From a virus, in the IMG/VR virus record IMGVR_UViG_3300044712_001401, positions 1-64,000 of that record: a stretch of DNA of 64,000 nt. One strand, 5' to 3'. Made by a program: the position numbers and the translations under genes. The notes beneath the pieces are model-generated. The model saw only the letters and a list, made by a program, of their open reading frames with translations. It did not search any database and was not told where the DNA came from. Shown here piece by piece: positions 30,047-39,098 of this stretch. Each line of letters starts with the position of its first letter. Position 1 is the stretch's first letter.

Positions 30047-30619
30047 ATGCAGCGTCAGTTGCGGCTATTGGAACGCGGCGGTGTCGGAGTCGACGGGACG
30101 AGCGCGGAATACTCTCCGTGCAAGTTGTGGCGATACTCGCTAACGCGACTGTGGCGGCCGGCCGACGGGCACGACGAGCACGCGGGGAGCGTGGCGTTCG
30201 TCGCGCTCAATCCGTCGACGGCTACGGAGTACGAGGACGACCCGACGGTCCGCCGGATGATTCGGTTCGCGAAAGAGTGGGGACACGGAGGGCTCGTCGT
30301 GCTCAACGCGTTTGCGTATCGCTCGACGGACCCGCGAGGGCTCTACAACGTAGCGGACCCGGTTGGTGTCGAGAACGATTTCGCGATTCTCCGGTGGGTC
30401 GCGAGAGTCTCGCGGCTTGTCGTCGCATGGGGACGGCATGGGACACTGCACGGGCGATCGCATTACCTGTCGAGGCTCCTAGCTGACGCAAATCCGATGT
30501 GTCTTGGCACGAACGGAGACGGCTCGCCAAAGCATCCATTATACGTCGCGGCGGACACTCCCCTGCGACGATGGACCGGACGACCTATGACGCGGGCCGA
30601 CGGATGTCGTGAACCGTAA
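30047..30619 (+). CDS. DUF1643 protein
   Basis: SPC..WRY.L.R.W, LNPSTA....DDPT.RR, N.FAYRSTDP, AWG, PKHPLY. Confidence 0.92.
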   Translation: MQRQLRLLERGGVGVDGTSAEYSPCKLWRYSLTRLWRPADGHDEHAGSVAFVALNPSTATEYEDDPTVRRMIRFAKEWGHGGLVVLNAFAYRSTDPRGLYNVADPVGVENDFAILRWVARVSRLVVAWGRHGTLHGRSHYLSRLLADANPMCLGTNGDGSPKHPLYVAADTPLRRWTGRPMTRADGCREP

Positions 30620-30635
30620 GGCTATGCGCTGTGTC

Positions 30636-30664
30636 TTGTCGGATCGTGCCGGAGCCGGTATAGT
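30636..30664 (+). promoter_or_regulatory. Sigma70-like promoter TTGTCG-17-TATAGT
   Basis: Intergenic, upstream of GGAGG RBS and the genes leading into the portal. Confidence 0.5.
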
Positions 30665-30917
30665 TCGATTCGACGGAGGGCATACTCATGAGCAACGAAA
30701 TCTGCAGCGGTTGTGGTGGCGTCAATACGGGGCCAGCGGTTGCGGCTCCGTCGCGAGCGGCTCGGCACTCGCTCTGCGTGGGATGCGCGGTCGAAGCTGC
30801 CGAGATTACGAGCGAGCAGGAGCGGGCGTCGCTGTCAAGTTTGCCTGAACTGGACCGGGTTGTCGCTCCGTGGCGACGCCGGAGCCGGGCGTTCGTGCAC
30901 TCTCGCGGGGCGTTCTA

Positions 30918-31871
30918 ATGAGCTGGGAAACGGACCCGCTGTGGCTTTGCAACCCACGGCGTCCGTGCGCGGCGTGCGGAAACAATCGGCGACGTCGTCG
31001 CGCGTGCGCGGCATGCGAAGGCGTGGGCTACGCGGCAGCCGATCTGGCGGGGCTCTGGCGCGGCTCGGCGGCGTTTCTGGTGTGCGGCGGTCCGTCGCTC
31101 GCGTCGCTTCCGGAAGGCGTGTTTCGCTTGCCGGGCGTTGCGTCGTTGGGCGTGAACAACGCGGCGGCGCACGCCGGCTGCCGGGCGTTTGTCTTCGGCG
31201 ACCCGCAGTGGAAATTCTCGCACTCGCTTTTTTTGGACCCGACCGTGCTGGTGTTTGCGCCGTTCGGAAAGCTCCGGCGTTGCGTGCGAGTGCGGCTCCC
31301 TAATGGCTCGTTTCGGCAGTCGACGACCCGATTGTCGGATTGTCCAAACGTGTACGGTCTGGCGAGGACTGGCCGATTTAACGGGGCGGAGTTTTGCTCG
31401 ACACGCTGGGCACAATGGGGACGCGGCGGTGTCGATTCTGACGCTCCGTTTAGGCGTCTTGCGACGATGCTTTTGGGGCTGCGGTTGCTGGCGTATCTTG
31501 GAGCGACGCGGATTTACTTGGCCGGCGTGGACTTTGATTCGTCCGGCGGCTACGCGTGGGGCGACCCGACAACGTGCGGCGGCTCGACGTGGACCAAAAT
31601 CGGGCGGTTGCTCGACGAGTGCCGGGGGGCTATTGAGGCAGCCGGCGTCGTAGTGCGCAACGCTACGCCGGGAAGTAAGTGCGCGGCATTTCCGGCCGTC
31701 GACTTTGCCGAGGCGTTGGCCGACGCTCGCGGATTGTGCGCCTATCCACCAGATTTGCGGGGGATGTATTCGCGGCGATTGCTACGCGAAAACCTATCGG
31801 CGCATCCGGAGCCGATCTCAATTCAACAAGCCGTCGCGGAGGCGCGCCGGCAGGCGTCCGAAAGGCGATGA
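30918..31871 (+). CDS. Maf/DUF115-CstII-fold putative glycosyltransferase (paralogue 1)
   Basis: AFLVCGGPSL, LGVNN, GATRIYLAGVDF, V.NATPGS...AFP. Confidence 0.65.
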   Translation: MSWETDPLWLCNPRRPCAACGNNRRRRRACAACEGVGYAAADLAGLWRGSAAFLVCGGPSLASLPEGVFRLPGVASLGVNNAAAHAGCRAFVFGDPQWKFSHSLFLDPTVLVFAPFGKLRRCVRVRLPNGSFRQSTTRLSDCPNVYGLARTGRFNGAEFCSTRWAQWGRGGVDSDAPFRRLATMLLGLRLLAYLGATRIYLAGVDFDSSGGYAWGDPTTCGGSTWTKIGRLLDECRGAIEAAGVVVRNATPGSKCAAFPAVDFAEALADARGLCAYPPDLRGMYSRRLLRENLSAHPEPISIQQAVAEARRQASERR

Positions 31872-31995
31872 CGCCAAGGCGGACGTATCGCGCAAGACGT
31901 CCGGCCGATACAATCACTCGCGCCGAGGCTCGACGGAAGCGACGTCTGGTGACGTCGACGAGCCTGCGGCGGTTATTGCGACGACGGGAGAGCCG

Positions 31996-32535
31996 ATGAT
32001 GGCGGAAGACTTGGAACGCGGAAACCAAAAGCCGGAGACGGAGTTTGCTGGAGTCAGAGCGGAGAACGTCGAGCCCTACGATCTTAGCGGTCGAAATATC
32101 GACGTCAGGAATTGCGGGTCGTGCGATTGTGCGCATCAGCAATTGACGGTGCGGCCGTTGGCGGCTCGACAGTCGCATGGTTTCACGCATTGCTACACGT
32201 GTCCCACGACCGGCGATCCGGTTCCCGTGGCGCTCTACAAGCACGATGGGTCGCTGGTCGAAGTCGCTCCGGCAGCGTTGCGGGCGCTAATCTCTGCGGC
32301 GGCTCGCGGGCGCTATATGGTCGCGGTGTTCGTTTCGGAAGGGGAAACGGTCCATCTGCATCGGACCACAAGTTCTTGGCCGACCGGACAGTTTGCGTTG
32401 GGGCTCAAGATGCTCGCGGACGATATCGACCGCGAAGTGGGTCCGCCGGTCACCGATACTCCGATGGAACGGGCGGAACGTCCTCGTCCGTTGGTGGATT
32501 TGTTTTCCGGCGTTCCGTCGGGCGACGTCTCGTAA
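31996..32535 (+). CDS. Hypothetical protein
   Basis: GGGAG RBS; CxxC...H motif; start uncertain. Confidence 0.55.
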   Translation: MMAEDLERGNQKPETEFAGVRAENVEPYDLSGRNIDVRNCGSCDCAHQQLTVRPLAARQSHGFTHCYTCPTTGDPVPVALYKHDGSLVEVAPAALRALISAAARGRYMVAVFVSEGETVHLHRTTSSWPTGQFALGLKMLADDIDREVGPPVTDTPMERAERPRPLVDLFSGVPSGDVS

Positions 32536-32552
32536 ATCTCGGGGGCGTCAAC

Positions 32553-32903
32553 ATGCGGCGGATATGGAAGCGGCTCCGGTTTTGGTTGGCGACACGGGCC
32601 GCACTGCAAAGGCAAGCGTCAAAAGCTCTCGACGACGTTCACGAGCTGACAAATATCCTGCGTCGCGAACAAGGAGAGCACCGCGAGACGCGCGAGACGC
32701 TCGCGGAAACGCAGTCCGAGTTGGCCGAAGCGGCTGCGGAGGAATCGCGGCTGCGTGGGACGCTTGAAGTTTGCAAGGCGCAACTGGAGATGTATGCTCT
32801 CTGGGAAGCTCGCGAGCGAGAGCGGCTCGAAGCGGAGGCTGCAATTCTGGCAGCGCGTAGAACGCTCGCGATCGGTTCGTCTCGCGGAGCGGGCGACGAG
32901 TAG
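32553..32903 (+). CDS. Hypothetical coiled-coil protein
   Basis: Upstream of the portal gene. Confidence 0.55.
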   Translation: MRRIWKRLRFWLATRAALQRQASKALDDVHELTNILRREQGEHRETRETLAETQSELAEAAAEESRLRGTLEVCKAQLEMYALWEARERERLEAEAAILAARRTLAIGSSRGAGDE

Positions 32904-32945
32904 GCACGGTTCGGACACGACGGTCAGCACCGGGGGACTCAAGCG

Positions 32946-35153
32946 ATGTCGGATTTTTTAGCGGACGCGCGACGCTCCGCGCGTTCGCGGGTGGAGATGG
33001 CTCGGCGGTCGTTTGGGCAGTCGCTGCGCAAGGCAACGAGCGGTGGCGCAGTTGTCGGCGACGCGTCCGAGCTTGGGCTCATGTCGTCGCTCGGAACGTC
33101 TGACGGATTCTCGTTTGGCGACAAAGGAGCGAGTCAAGCTCGACTCGCTCTGGCCGAGTTTCGGTCGTGGGTCTATGTCTGCGTAAACGCGATCGCGGGG
33201 CGTCTGTCGTCGCAACCGATGGTCGCCTGCCTTGTGTCGGACGACCAAAAGTCAAAGACGGGCAAGCGTAACTCGCGGCTTGACGTCACGCGGAAAAGAA
33301 AAGTTCCGGAATCGATTCGCGCGAAACTCCCAACCGCTTTCAGCATGGAGATTCTCACGAGCGGCGATATCGTCCGGACGTTAGAGCAACCCAACCCGGT
33401 GCAATCGCGCTCGCAGTTCTTGTACTTTTCGGCGGCGTCGCTGCTTTTGTGCGGAGAGTGTTATTGGGTCGCTGGGCTCGCAACTCCAGACGAAAGCGAC
33501 CAGACGAGCGACGATGGGCCGCGCGTGGAATATTGGGCGATTCCGCGAACGTGGATCAAGCCATTGCATGAGGGGCGGTTATTTTCGGGCTACGAGTTGC
33601 GGACGAGCCCCAACGCCGAACCGATTTTGTTATCGTCTTCGCAGGTCGCTCGGACGTACTTTCCTGATCCGTCGGACATCCGCGCGTGTCGTTCTCCGCT
33701 CCAAGCCGTCGCAACGTCGGTGCGTGTTGACGACCGGCTCCAAGCGAGCCAAGAGCAAGCGTTCGACCGTGGGCTCGATCCGAACCTAATCGTCACGGTG
33801 GGGCGGCTACGCGACGAGGACGGCAAGTTAGGTGATCGTCGTCCTCGTCTGACGGGGAGCCAGCGGCGACAATTGATTCGGGCCGTGCAGGAGGTCTGGG
33901 ACTCGACGGTCAACGAGGGCTACCCTGCCATCGTCGACGGTTTCATTGAGTCGGTACACAAGCTATCCAACACGCCATCCGAAATGGATTGGACCGAGTC
34001 GGGCGACGTAATCAAGCGGCGTATCTTTCAAGCGTTTCGCGTGAACCCCATCATCGTCGGGGAGATTGTCGGAGCGAATCGCGCCCAAGTCGTCGAGGCG
34101 GAGAAGCATTTTTGCGCGAACGCTGTCAACCCCATCGCGTCGGCTCTCTCGGACTCTGCGGATCGGCTCTCGCGTTCGTTTTTCGAGGGCGGCTCGTCGA
34201 CGCGTCTAACCGTATACGTCGAGCAGGCCGAGCCCACGGACCCGGATCTCGATACGCGGCGATGGGGCGACGCGCGTAAGCTGGGCGACGTAACGCGAGA
34301 CGAGTATAGAGCCGAGCTATTGGGACTGCCACCACTTGAGGACGACAACGCCACGCGCAACACCCTACTATCGACCGTCGGCGGAATTACGGGCACGGTC
34401 CAGGTTGTCACGGCGGTCGGGCAAGGCATGGTGCGCCCCGAACAAGCCCAAGCGATGTTGGAGCTATTTCTCGAAATTCCTCCGGACGTCGCGGGCCGAA
34501 TTGCCGGCGTTGGGCAGGCTCCGATCCCGGCTCTGACGCCACCGAATCCGCCGGGCGGACCAGTGCCATCGCCAGCACCGCCAAAGCCGGCCGATCCGGT
34601 GGACGACAACGAGGAGCCACCGCTTGCCGAGGACGCTCCGCCGCAGCCGGACGAGTCGCAGGAGGCGTCGTATGTGGCTCGCTATGACGTCGTACCGCTC
34701 GCGCCGACCCAATCCATGCAAGACGAAGCGGCCGTCGGTCTGGGCTTGCTAGGCGAACGCACGGTGCAAGTTTCGTCGGGGCTGCTGTCGGTGGCTCGTC
34801 GTATTGCCGGCGGAGAGCGATTGCGGGCGATCGAGTGGCGATGGCTTCGCAGCTATCTCGCACGGTGCGGAAACGCTGGGCGCAACGAGCCGGGATGGAA
34901 TCGCGACGAGGCATCTTGGCCGTCGTTGCCGGCGTTGCTCTGGACGTGTTGCGGCGGTGACGCGGCGTTCGTGCGGTCCTCGTACGTGTGCGCGTGTCTC
35001 GATACGGCCGACCGTCGCGAGGCAAAGCGGGAAAAGTTTGCCGGGGCGACGACGACGATTACGCGAGCCGACGTCAAGGCGCTCAATGCCTCGCAGCTCA
35101 ACGCGTTGATTGGAGGGGCTGCCGACCAAATCGGTGGCACGTTTCAAGGCTAG
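32946..35153 (+). CDS. Portal protein (HK97/lambda-like) with Pro-rich linker and extra C-terminal domain
   Basis: WVYVCVNAIA, L.QPNP.QS...F, L.GECYW, SPLQA, I..AF.V.P...G, TRDEYR..LLGLPP. Confidence 0.88.
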   Translation: MSDFLADARRSARSRVEMARRSFGQSLRKATSGGAVVGDASELGLMSSLGTSDGFSFGDKGASQARLALAEFRSWVYVCVNAIAGRLSSQPMVACLVSDDQKSKTGKRNSRLDVTRKRKVPESIRAKLPTAFSMEILTSGDIVRTLEQPNPVQSRSQFLYFSAASLLLCGECYWVAGLATPDESDQTSDDGPRVEYWAIPRTWIKPLHEGRLFSGYELRTSPNAEPILLSSSQVARTYFPDPSDIRACRSPLQAVATSVRVDDRLQASQEQAFDRGLDPNLIVTVGRLRDEDGKLGDRRPRLTGSQRRQLIRAVQEVWDSTVNEGYPAIVDGFIESVHKLSNTPSEMDWTESGDVIKRRIFQAFRVNPIIVGEIVGANRAQVVEAEKHFCANAVNPIASALSDSADRLSRSFFEGGSSTRLTVYVEQAEPTDPDLDTRRWGDARKLGDVTRDEYRAELLGLPPLEDDNATRNTLLSTVGGITGTVQVVTAVGQGMVRPEQAQAMLELFLEIPPDVAGRIAGVGQAPIPALTPPNPPGGPVPSPAPPKPADPVDDNEEPPLAEDAPPQPDESQEASYVARYDVVPLAPTQSMQDEAAVGLGLLGERTVQVSSGLLSVARRIAGGERLRAIEWRWLRSYLARCGNAGRNEPGWNRDEASWPSLPALLWTCCGGDAAFVRSSYVCACLDTADRREAKREKFAGATTTITRADVKALNASQLNALIGGAADQIGGTFQG

Positions 35154-38100
35154 CGTCGAGCAGTTTGTCGCGAGATTCATTGCGGCGAACCCGACATTGA
35201 CGAAGGGGAGCGGAGCAACTCAAGCGTCTCGGCTCGTAAAGATGTTCGACGCGAAATCGGCTCTGGCCGATCTGTCGCGGCGGTGCATTAATCCGCTCGC
35301 GTCAGCGTTCGCGACTGGGGCAATCGTCGAGCGTCGGCTACACCGCGCCGTTTGCGTTGATCACAAATCCGGCGTCAAGACGACGGCCGAGGATATCGCG
35401 AGACGGCTACAAATCGACTTGCCACCGGGGATTTCGATTGGGCAAATGCCGGCGTGGCTCCGCGCTCGCGCGGCCGAGATTATCCACCGGACGTTCCAGG
35501 AGCCCTATTGGCAGCGCATACCCGAGACGACTCGCGACGATATCGAAGTGACGCTCCGCAACTCGATCGACGAGGGGCTCTCCGTCCGGGAAGTCTCGCG
35601 TCAAATCATGGAGCGACACGGGGACCAATACGACCGATGGCGATCCGTCAACGTCGCTCGCACCGAGATGACGAACGCGCTCAACGCCGGGCACGTCGAG
35701 GGGATTCGCCAGACGGCGCAAGAAACCGGCCTGCGAATTGGCAAGGAGTGGGTGAGCGTGCTCGGCACCACGACTCGCGAGACGCACGCGGACGCGGACG
35801 GGCAGCAGACACCGGACGCGGAGGGAAATTTTACATTGGCCGGCTACGAAGTTCCGTGGCCGGGGCACTGGTCGCTGCCAGCGTCCGAGCGTTGCCATTG
35901 TTTCCCGGCGGGTACTCTGGTGCGTTCTATCGGCTCAACGCAAGCCGTGATGCGGGCATGGTATGAAGGCGTTGTCTATGAAATTACGACGGTTGGCGGG
36001 CGGAGACTTTCCGTCACCGAGAACCACCCCGTACTTACCGCGAGTGGATGGGTCGCGGCTGGAAAGCTCAAGATAGGCGACCAGTTGTTCGCCACAACGA
36101 GACAAGTCGAGTCGTCCGTGGCGAATGAACAAATACAAGACGAACCAACCAGAATTGAGCAAATGTTCGAGGCGGCGCGAGAGCGATCCGTTTTTGGTTC
36201 CGGGGCGTCCGGCTACAAACTCCGCCGGTGCAGTCGTCGAGACTTCTACGGCGATGGGGAATTCTCGCAGGGCTATGTCGAGATTGTATTGATCGACAGC
36301 GACCTGCGTGCGGATCGTGAATCCGCAGCCGACAAGGTACGACGAGACCAAGACTTCTCGCGAGTAAACATTTACCTGCCGGAGTTGCTTCGTCATGGCG
36401 CGGCGGCGTCTTCGTTCAATCGGCTCAGTGGACAAGCGGCGAGCGTTCCAAGCGGCAGAAAGGACGTCGTTAGCCAAAGCGGATCGGTCGTCGTCGTCGA
36501 GCCCCGACCAGCGGCTACGTTGCCCATCGGAGTACGAGCGGATTTTGCGGCCGTTGGCTCGCAATCTTTCGGCGAGCCACGGACGACTCACCCCGTACCG
36601 TTCGGCGACGCGCTTAAGGTTCTCGCCTGCGTCGTAGTCGCGGATCATGTCGCTCAAATCGTCGCGGTCAAGTCGGCGTGTCACGTGTACGATCTCCAAA
36701 CTGAAAGCGGCCTGATTGAGGCGGGCACTGGCAATGGTGGTGTAATCGTATCAAATTGTCAATGTAGCGTTATATCGTCCGTCGTCATGGACGAAATCTC
36801 CGACGAGCCAAAGCCGGAACCGACACCGGAACCGGAGCCGACGCCACCGCCGGCAGTCGAGCCACCGCCGGCGCAAGAACCGCAGCCAATCCCGGCGTGG
36901 GAGCCTGGGACGATTCCGACGTCGGACCAACTCGGTGCGATGAGCTACGAGGAACTGCGGCGAGTGCCTGTCGAACACGTCGTTAACTTGCATCCCGAAT
37001 TGAACGACGTACATCAGCGGGTATTGAAAGCGGCGGACAAGTTCGACCGGCTTGGCGGCGCACCGCCGAAGGCGAAGCTCGACAAAGCGGCCGAGGATTA
37101 CAACAAGGCACACAAGAAGGTTTACGAGCTTGAAGCGAAATGGATGCAAGCCAACGAGCGAGGCGACAAGGAAAAGGCGAAGGCGTTGATGGAAAAAATC
37201 GACGCGGCTGCGGCGAAGTTTGAGGCGGCGAAGACCAAGTACGCGGGGATGCTCGACAAGCGATTTAAGGCGAACGAGTTCAAGACACCGGAAGAGGCTC
37301 GGCGGTCTTTCCTGGCATCCGTGGGCGTTCCGAAAGGCGAGCGATTGAAAATCTACGGAGTTAAGGCTCCGATGCATCCGCCAGAATACCGCGTCAACTT
37401 GGAGGATGGCGGGTCCGTCGTCGTCCAGTTTCAGGATCAAAATATGCTGCGGACCAGCACCGGAGATTGGGACCGCAATTCGCACGTTGGCCGACGAATT
37501 GAGGAGGCGAAAAACTTTGTCGAACCACTGATTGCGAAGCGTGGTGTCTTTGCGGAAAGCGAGCGAATTGCCAACGAAGTGGCGAACGTGCGGTTTCATC
37601 TTGGGGAGGAAGGCGTTCGCGCGCATGCGAAAGCTAAAGGGCACGACGTCACGAAATCAGATGCTCCAAACTATCGCGGTGTTTTTATCTCGCCGTCGGA
37701 CGACGTGGGGACTGTGGTGCATGAGCTAGGCCACGTCATCGAAGGGGCTCGCGGCGACGGCATGACCAAACGTGCCGAGGAGTTTCGGCAATATCGCACG
37801 GCGAAGACGCCAGACGTCCCGATGCGAAAGTACAGTCCGTTCTATTCCGAGTGGGAAATTGGCAACGAAGATCGATTTCATGGGGTCTTCGATAGCGACG
37901 CCAAGCCGGGGAAGGTATATGATGAAAAAGACAACGTTGCGAGGCGTGCTGCGTACACCGGCAAAGGCTATGGAATGTATGGCACGGAGCTAACGTCGAT
38001 GGGGCTCGAAGCGATGTATCGCGACCCGTATCGGCTCGCGAAAAACGACCCGGAGTTGTTCAAGTTCGTGATTGGGGTGTTGCGTGGAATCGTCGAGTAG
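35110..38100 (+). CDS. MuF/SPP1 gp7-type head morphogenesis protein with an intein and a C-terminal HExxH domain
   Basis: VARTE...A.NAG, KEW....TRETH..ADGQ, ERCH|intein|CQC; Pro-rich linker; VVHELGHVIE. Start codon uncertain. Confidence 0.88.
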   Translation: MEGLPTKSVARFKASVEQFVARFIAANPTLTKGSGATQASRLVKMFDAKSALADLSRRCINPLASAFATGAIVERRLHRAVCVDHKSGVKTTAEDIARRLQIDLPPGISIGQMPAWLRARAAEIIHRTFQEPYWQRIPETTRDDIEVTLRNSIDEGLSVREVSRQIMERHGDQYDRWRSVNVARTEMTNALNAGHVEGIRQTAQETGLRIGKEWVSVLGTTTRETHADADGQQTPDAEGNFTLAGYEVPWPGHWSLPASERCHCFPAGTLVRSIGSTQAVMRAWYEGVVYEITTVGGRRLSVTENHPVLTASGWVAAGKLKIGDQLFATTRQVESSVANEQIQDEPTRIEQMFEAARERSVFGSGASGYKLRRCSRRDFYGDGEFSQGYVEIVLIDSDLRADRESAADKVRRDQDFSRVNIYLPELLRHGAAASSFNRLSGQAASVPSGRKDVVSQSGSVVVVEPRPAATLPIGVRADFAAVGSQSFGEPRTTHPVPFGDALKVLACVVVADHVAQIVAVKSACHVYDLQTESGLIEAGTGNGGVIVSNCQCSVISSVVMDEISDEPKPEPTPEPEPTPPPAVEPPPAQEPQPIPAWEPGTIPTSDQLGAMSYEELRRVPVEHVVNLHPELNDVHQRVLKAADKFDRLGGAPPKAKLDKAAEDYNKAHKKVYELEAKWMQANERGDKEKAKALMEKIDAAAAKFEAAKTKYAGMLDKRFKANEFKTPEEARRSFLASVGVPKGERLKIYGVKAPMHPPEYRVNLEDGGSVVVQFQDQNMLRTSTGDWDRNSHVGRRIEEAKNFVEPLIAKRGVFAESERIANEVANVRFHLGEEGVRAHAKAKGHDVTKSDAPNYRGVFISPSDDVGTVVHELGHVIEGARGDGMTKRAEEFRQYRTAKTPDVPMRKYSPFYSEWEIGNEDRFHGVFDSDAKPGKVYDEKDNVARRAAYTGKGYGMYGTELTSMGLEAMYRDPYRLAKNDPELFKFVIGVLRGIVE
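35899..36756 (+). mobile_element. Intein (286 aa) inserted in the Cys motif of MuF
   Basis: Block A CFPAGTLV, block B LSVTENHPVLT..GW..AG.L..GD, block F VYDLQT, block G VIVSN followed by Cys(+1). Confidence 0.92.
35935..36684 (-). CDS. HTH + Vsr/DUF559-like PD-(D/E)XK nuclease encoded antisense inside the intein
   Basis: GGAG (36697-36694) 9 nt before GTG 36684; YDAGENLKRVAERYGVSRPWLAERLRANG (HTH); E..V...L...G....QVAVDQYNLDIAL...IAVEV...R...L...GWFVL. Confidence 0.72.
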   Translation of the reverse strand: MTRRLDRDDLSDMIRDYDAGENLKRVAERYGVSRPWLAERLRANGRKIRSYSDGQRSRWSGLDDDDRSALANDVLSAAWNARRLSTEPIERRRRRAMTKQLRQVNVYSREVLVSSYLVGCGFTIRTQVAVDQYNLDIALREFPIAVEVSTTAPAEFVAGRPGTKNGSLSRRLEHLLNSGWFVLYLFIRHGRLDLSRCGEQLVAYLELSSRDPSTRGKYGVVLGDGKSPPANRRNFIDNAFIPCPHHGLR

Positions 38101-38404
38101 AATTGAACCAAAGCTCACAAAGCGGATTCCGGGCGGACGTCTGGTTGCGACGCTTGATAAGTCGCTCAAGTTCGTGGTCGCGTTTGAGCCGAGCGACGAA
38201 ACGCGATTCGACGACCAAATTGAAGCCATTATTCGAGTCTCGCAGCGGATGCTCAACTCCATCGCGGACATTGCCGCGCGGTCGTTCCGGTTTGGGCCAA
38301 GCGACGGAAATAAGTTTGATGGGATCTTGCACGCGGCGGCGTCGGCGGGCGAGTGGACAATTGAGCGGCCGGAGCCAATCGACGTGGGGGAGGTTGTGTG
38401 GTAG
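38072..38404 (+). CDS. Small hypothetical protein directly after MuF
   Basis: Overlaps the MuF stop codon; start uncertain. Confidence 0.5.
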   Translation: MGCCVESSSRIEPKLTKRIPGGRLVATLDKSLKFVVAFEPSDETRFDDQIEAIIRVSQRMLNSIADIAARSFRFGPSDGNKFDGILHAAASAGEWTIERPEPIDVGEVVW

Positions 38405-38651
38405 TCGAAATTGAAAAACGCGAGGATGGCGAGCTAGTCGTAGCGATGGCGGGCGGGGCCGGTGGCGGTATGGGGGCTGCGTCTTGCGTGCGCGTACGTC
38501 CTGACGAGTGGTGGCGTGGGTGGAAATACTCGCGGCTGGAGCGGCTTGCGGGGCGTGGCAAAGTGGATCTGCAAACTAAAGACCAACGACGCGCGGCGGA
38601 CGGCGTATCGATTGGCGGCGAACGTCCGGAATAGCCGAGGAGCATAAGCAC

Positions 38652-39098
38652 GTGGCGAGAGTATCGGGAGACTTTCTGGGGCTTGTTGGCGAAATGGCGG
38701 TGCGCCGAATTGCAATGGTCTACGGCAAGCGAGCCCAACGCAACGGAGGGCGGCTGGAGTTGTCGCCAGACGAGCACCGATTGTCGCTGGTGTGTCGTAC
38801 GCTCCATCATCGGTTCCTGTCTCGTAAGTACGAGGCGAGCGAGCGCGAAGTCGACGAGATGCTCGCGTTGGCAGAACTGCTGGTTGTGGCGCACAAGCAA
38901 AACACCCACGGCGTAGCGCCGGGGCCGATTGCTGGTCGCGACGAGCCGAGCCGCTCGTTTGATATCGACCGGGCGGCGCTGATTCTCAAGACTGAAACCG
39001 AGTTGCCAGCGACGGCATACGCCGAGATTGTCGCGGCGATCCAGGGCGGCGCAATCGACGGTGGAAATCCGGACGCGATGATCGGCGGCGAGCAATGA
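38652..39098 (+). CDS. Hypothetical protein
   Basis: GAGGAG RBS. Confidence 0.6.
   Translation: MARVSGDFLGLVGEMAVRRIAMVYGKRAQRNGGRLELSPDEHRLSLVCRTLHHRFLSRKYEASEREVDEMLALAELLVVAHKQNTHGVAPGPIAGRDEPSRSFDIDRAALILKTETELPATAYAEIVAAIQGGAIDGGNPDAMIGGEQ

Noticed and set aside
36241-36260. DFYGDG in the intein as a LAGLIDADG motif
   Set aside because: No preceding hydrophobic helix and no second motif; it coincides with the IAVEV strand of the antisense protein.
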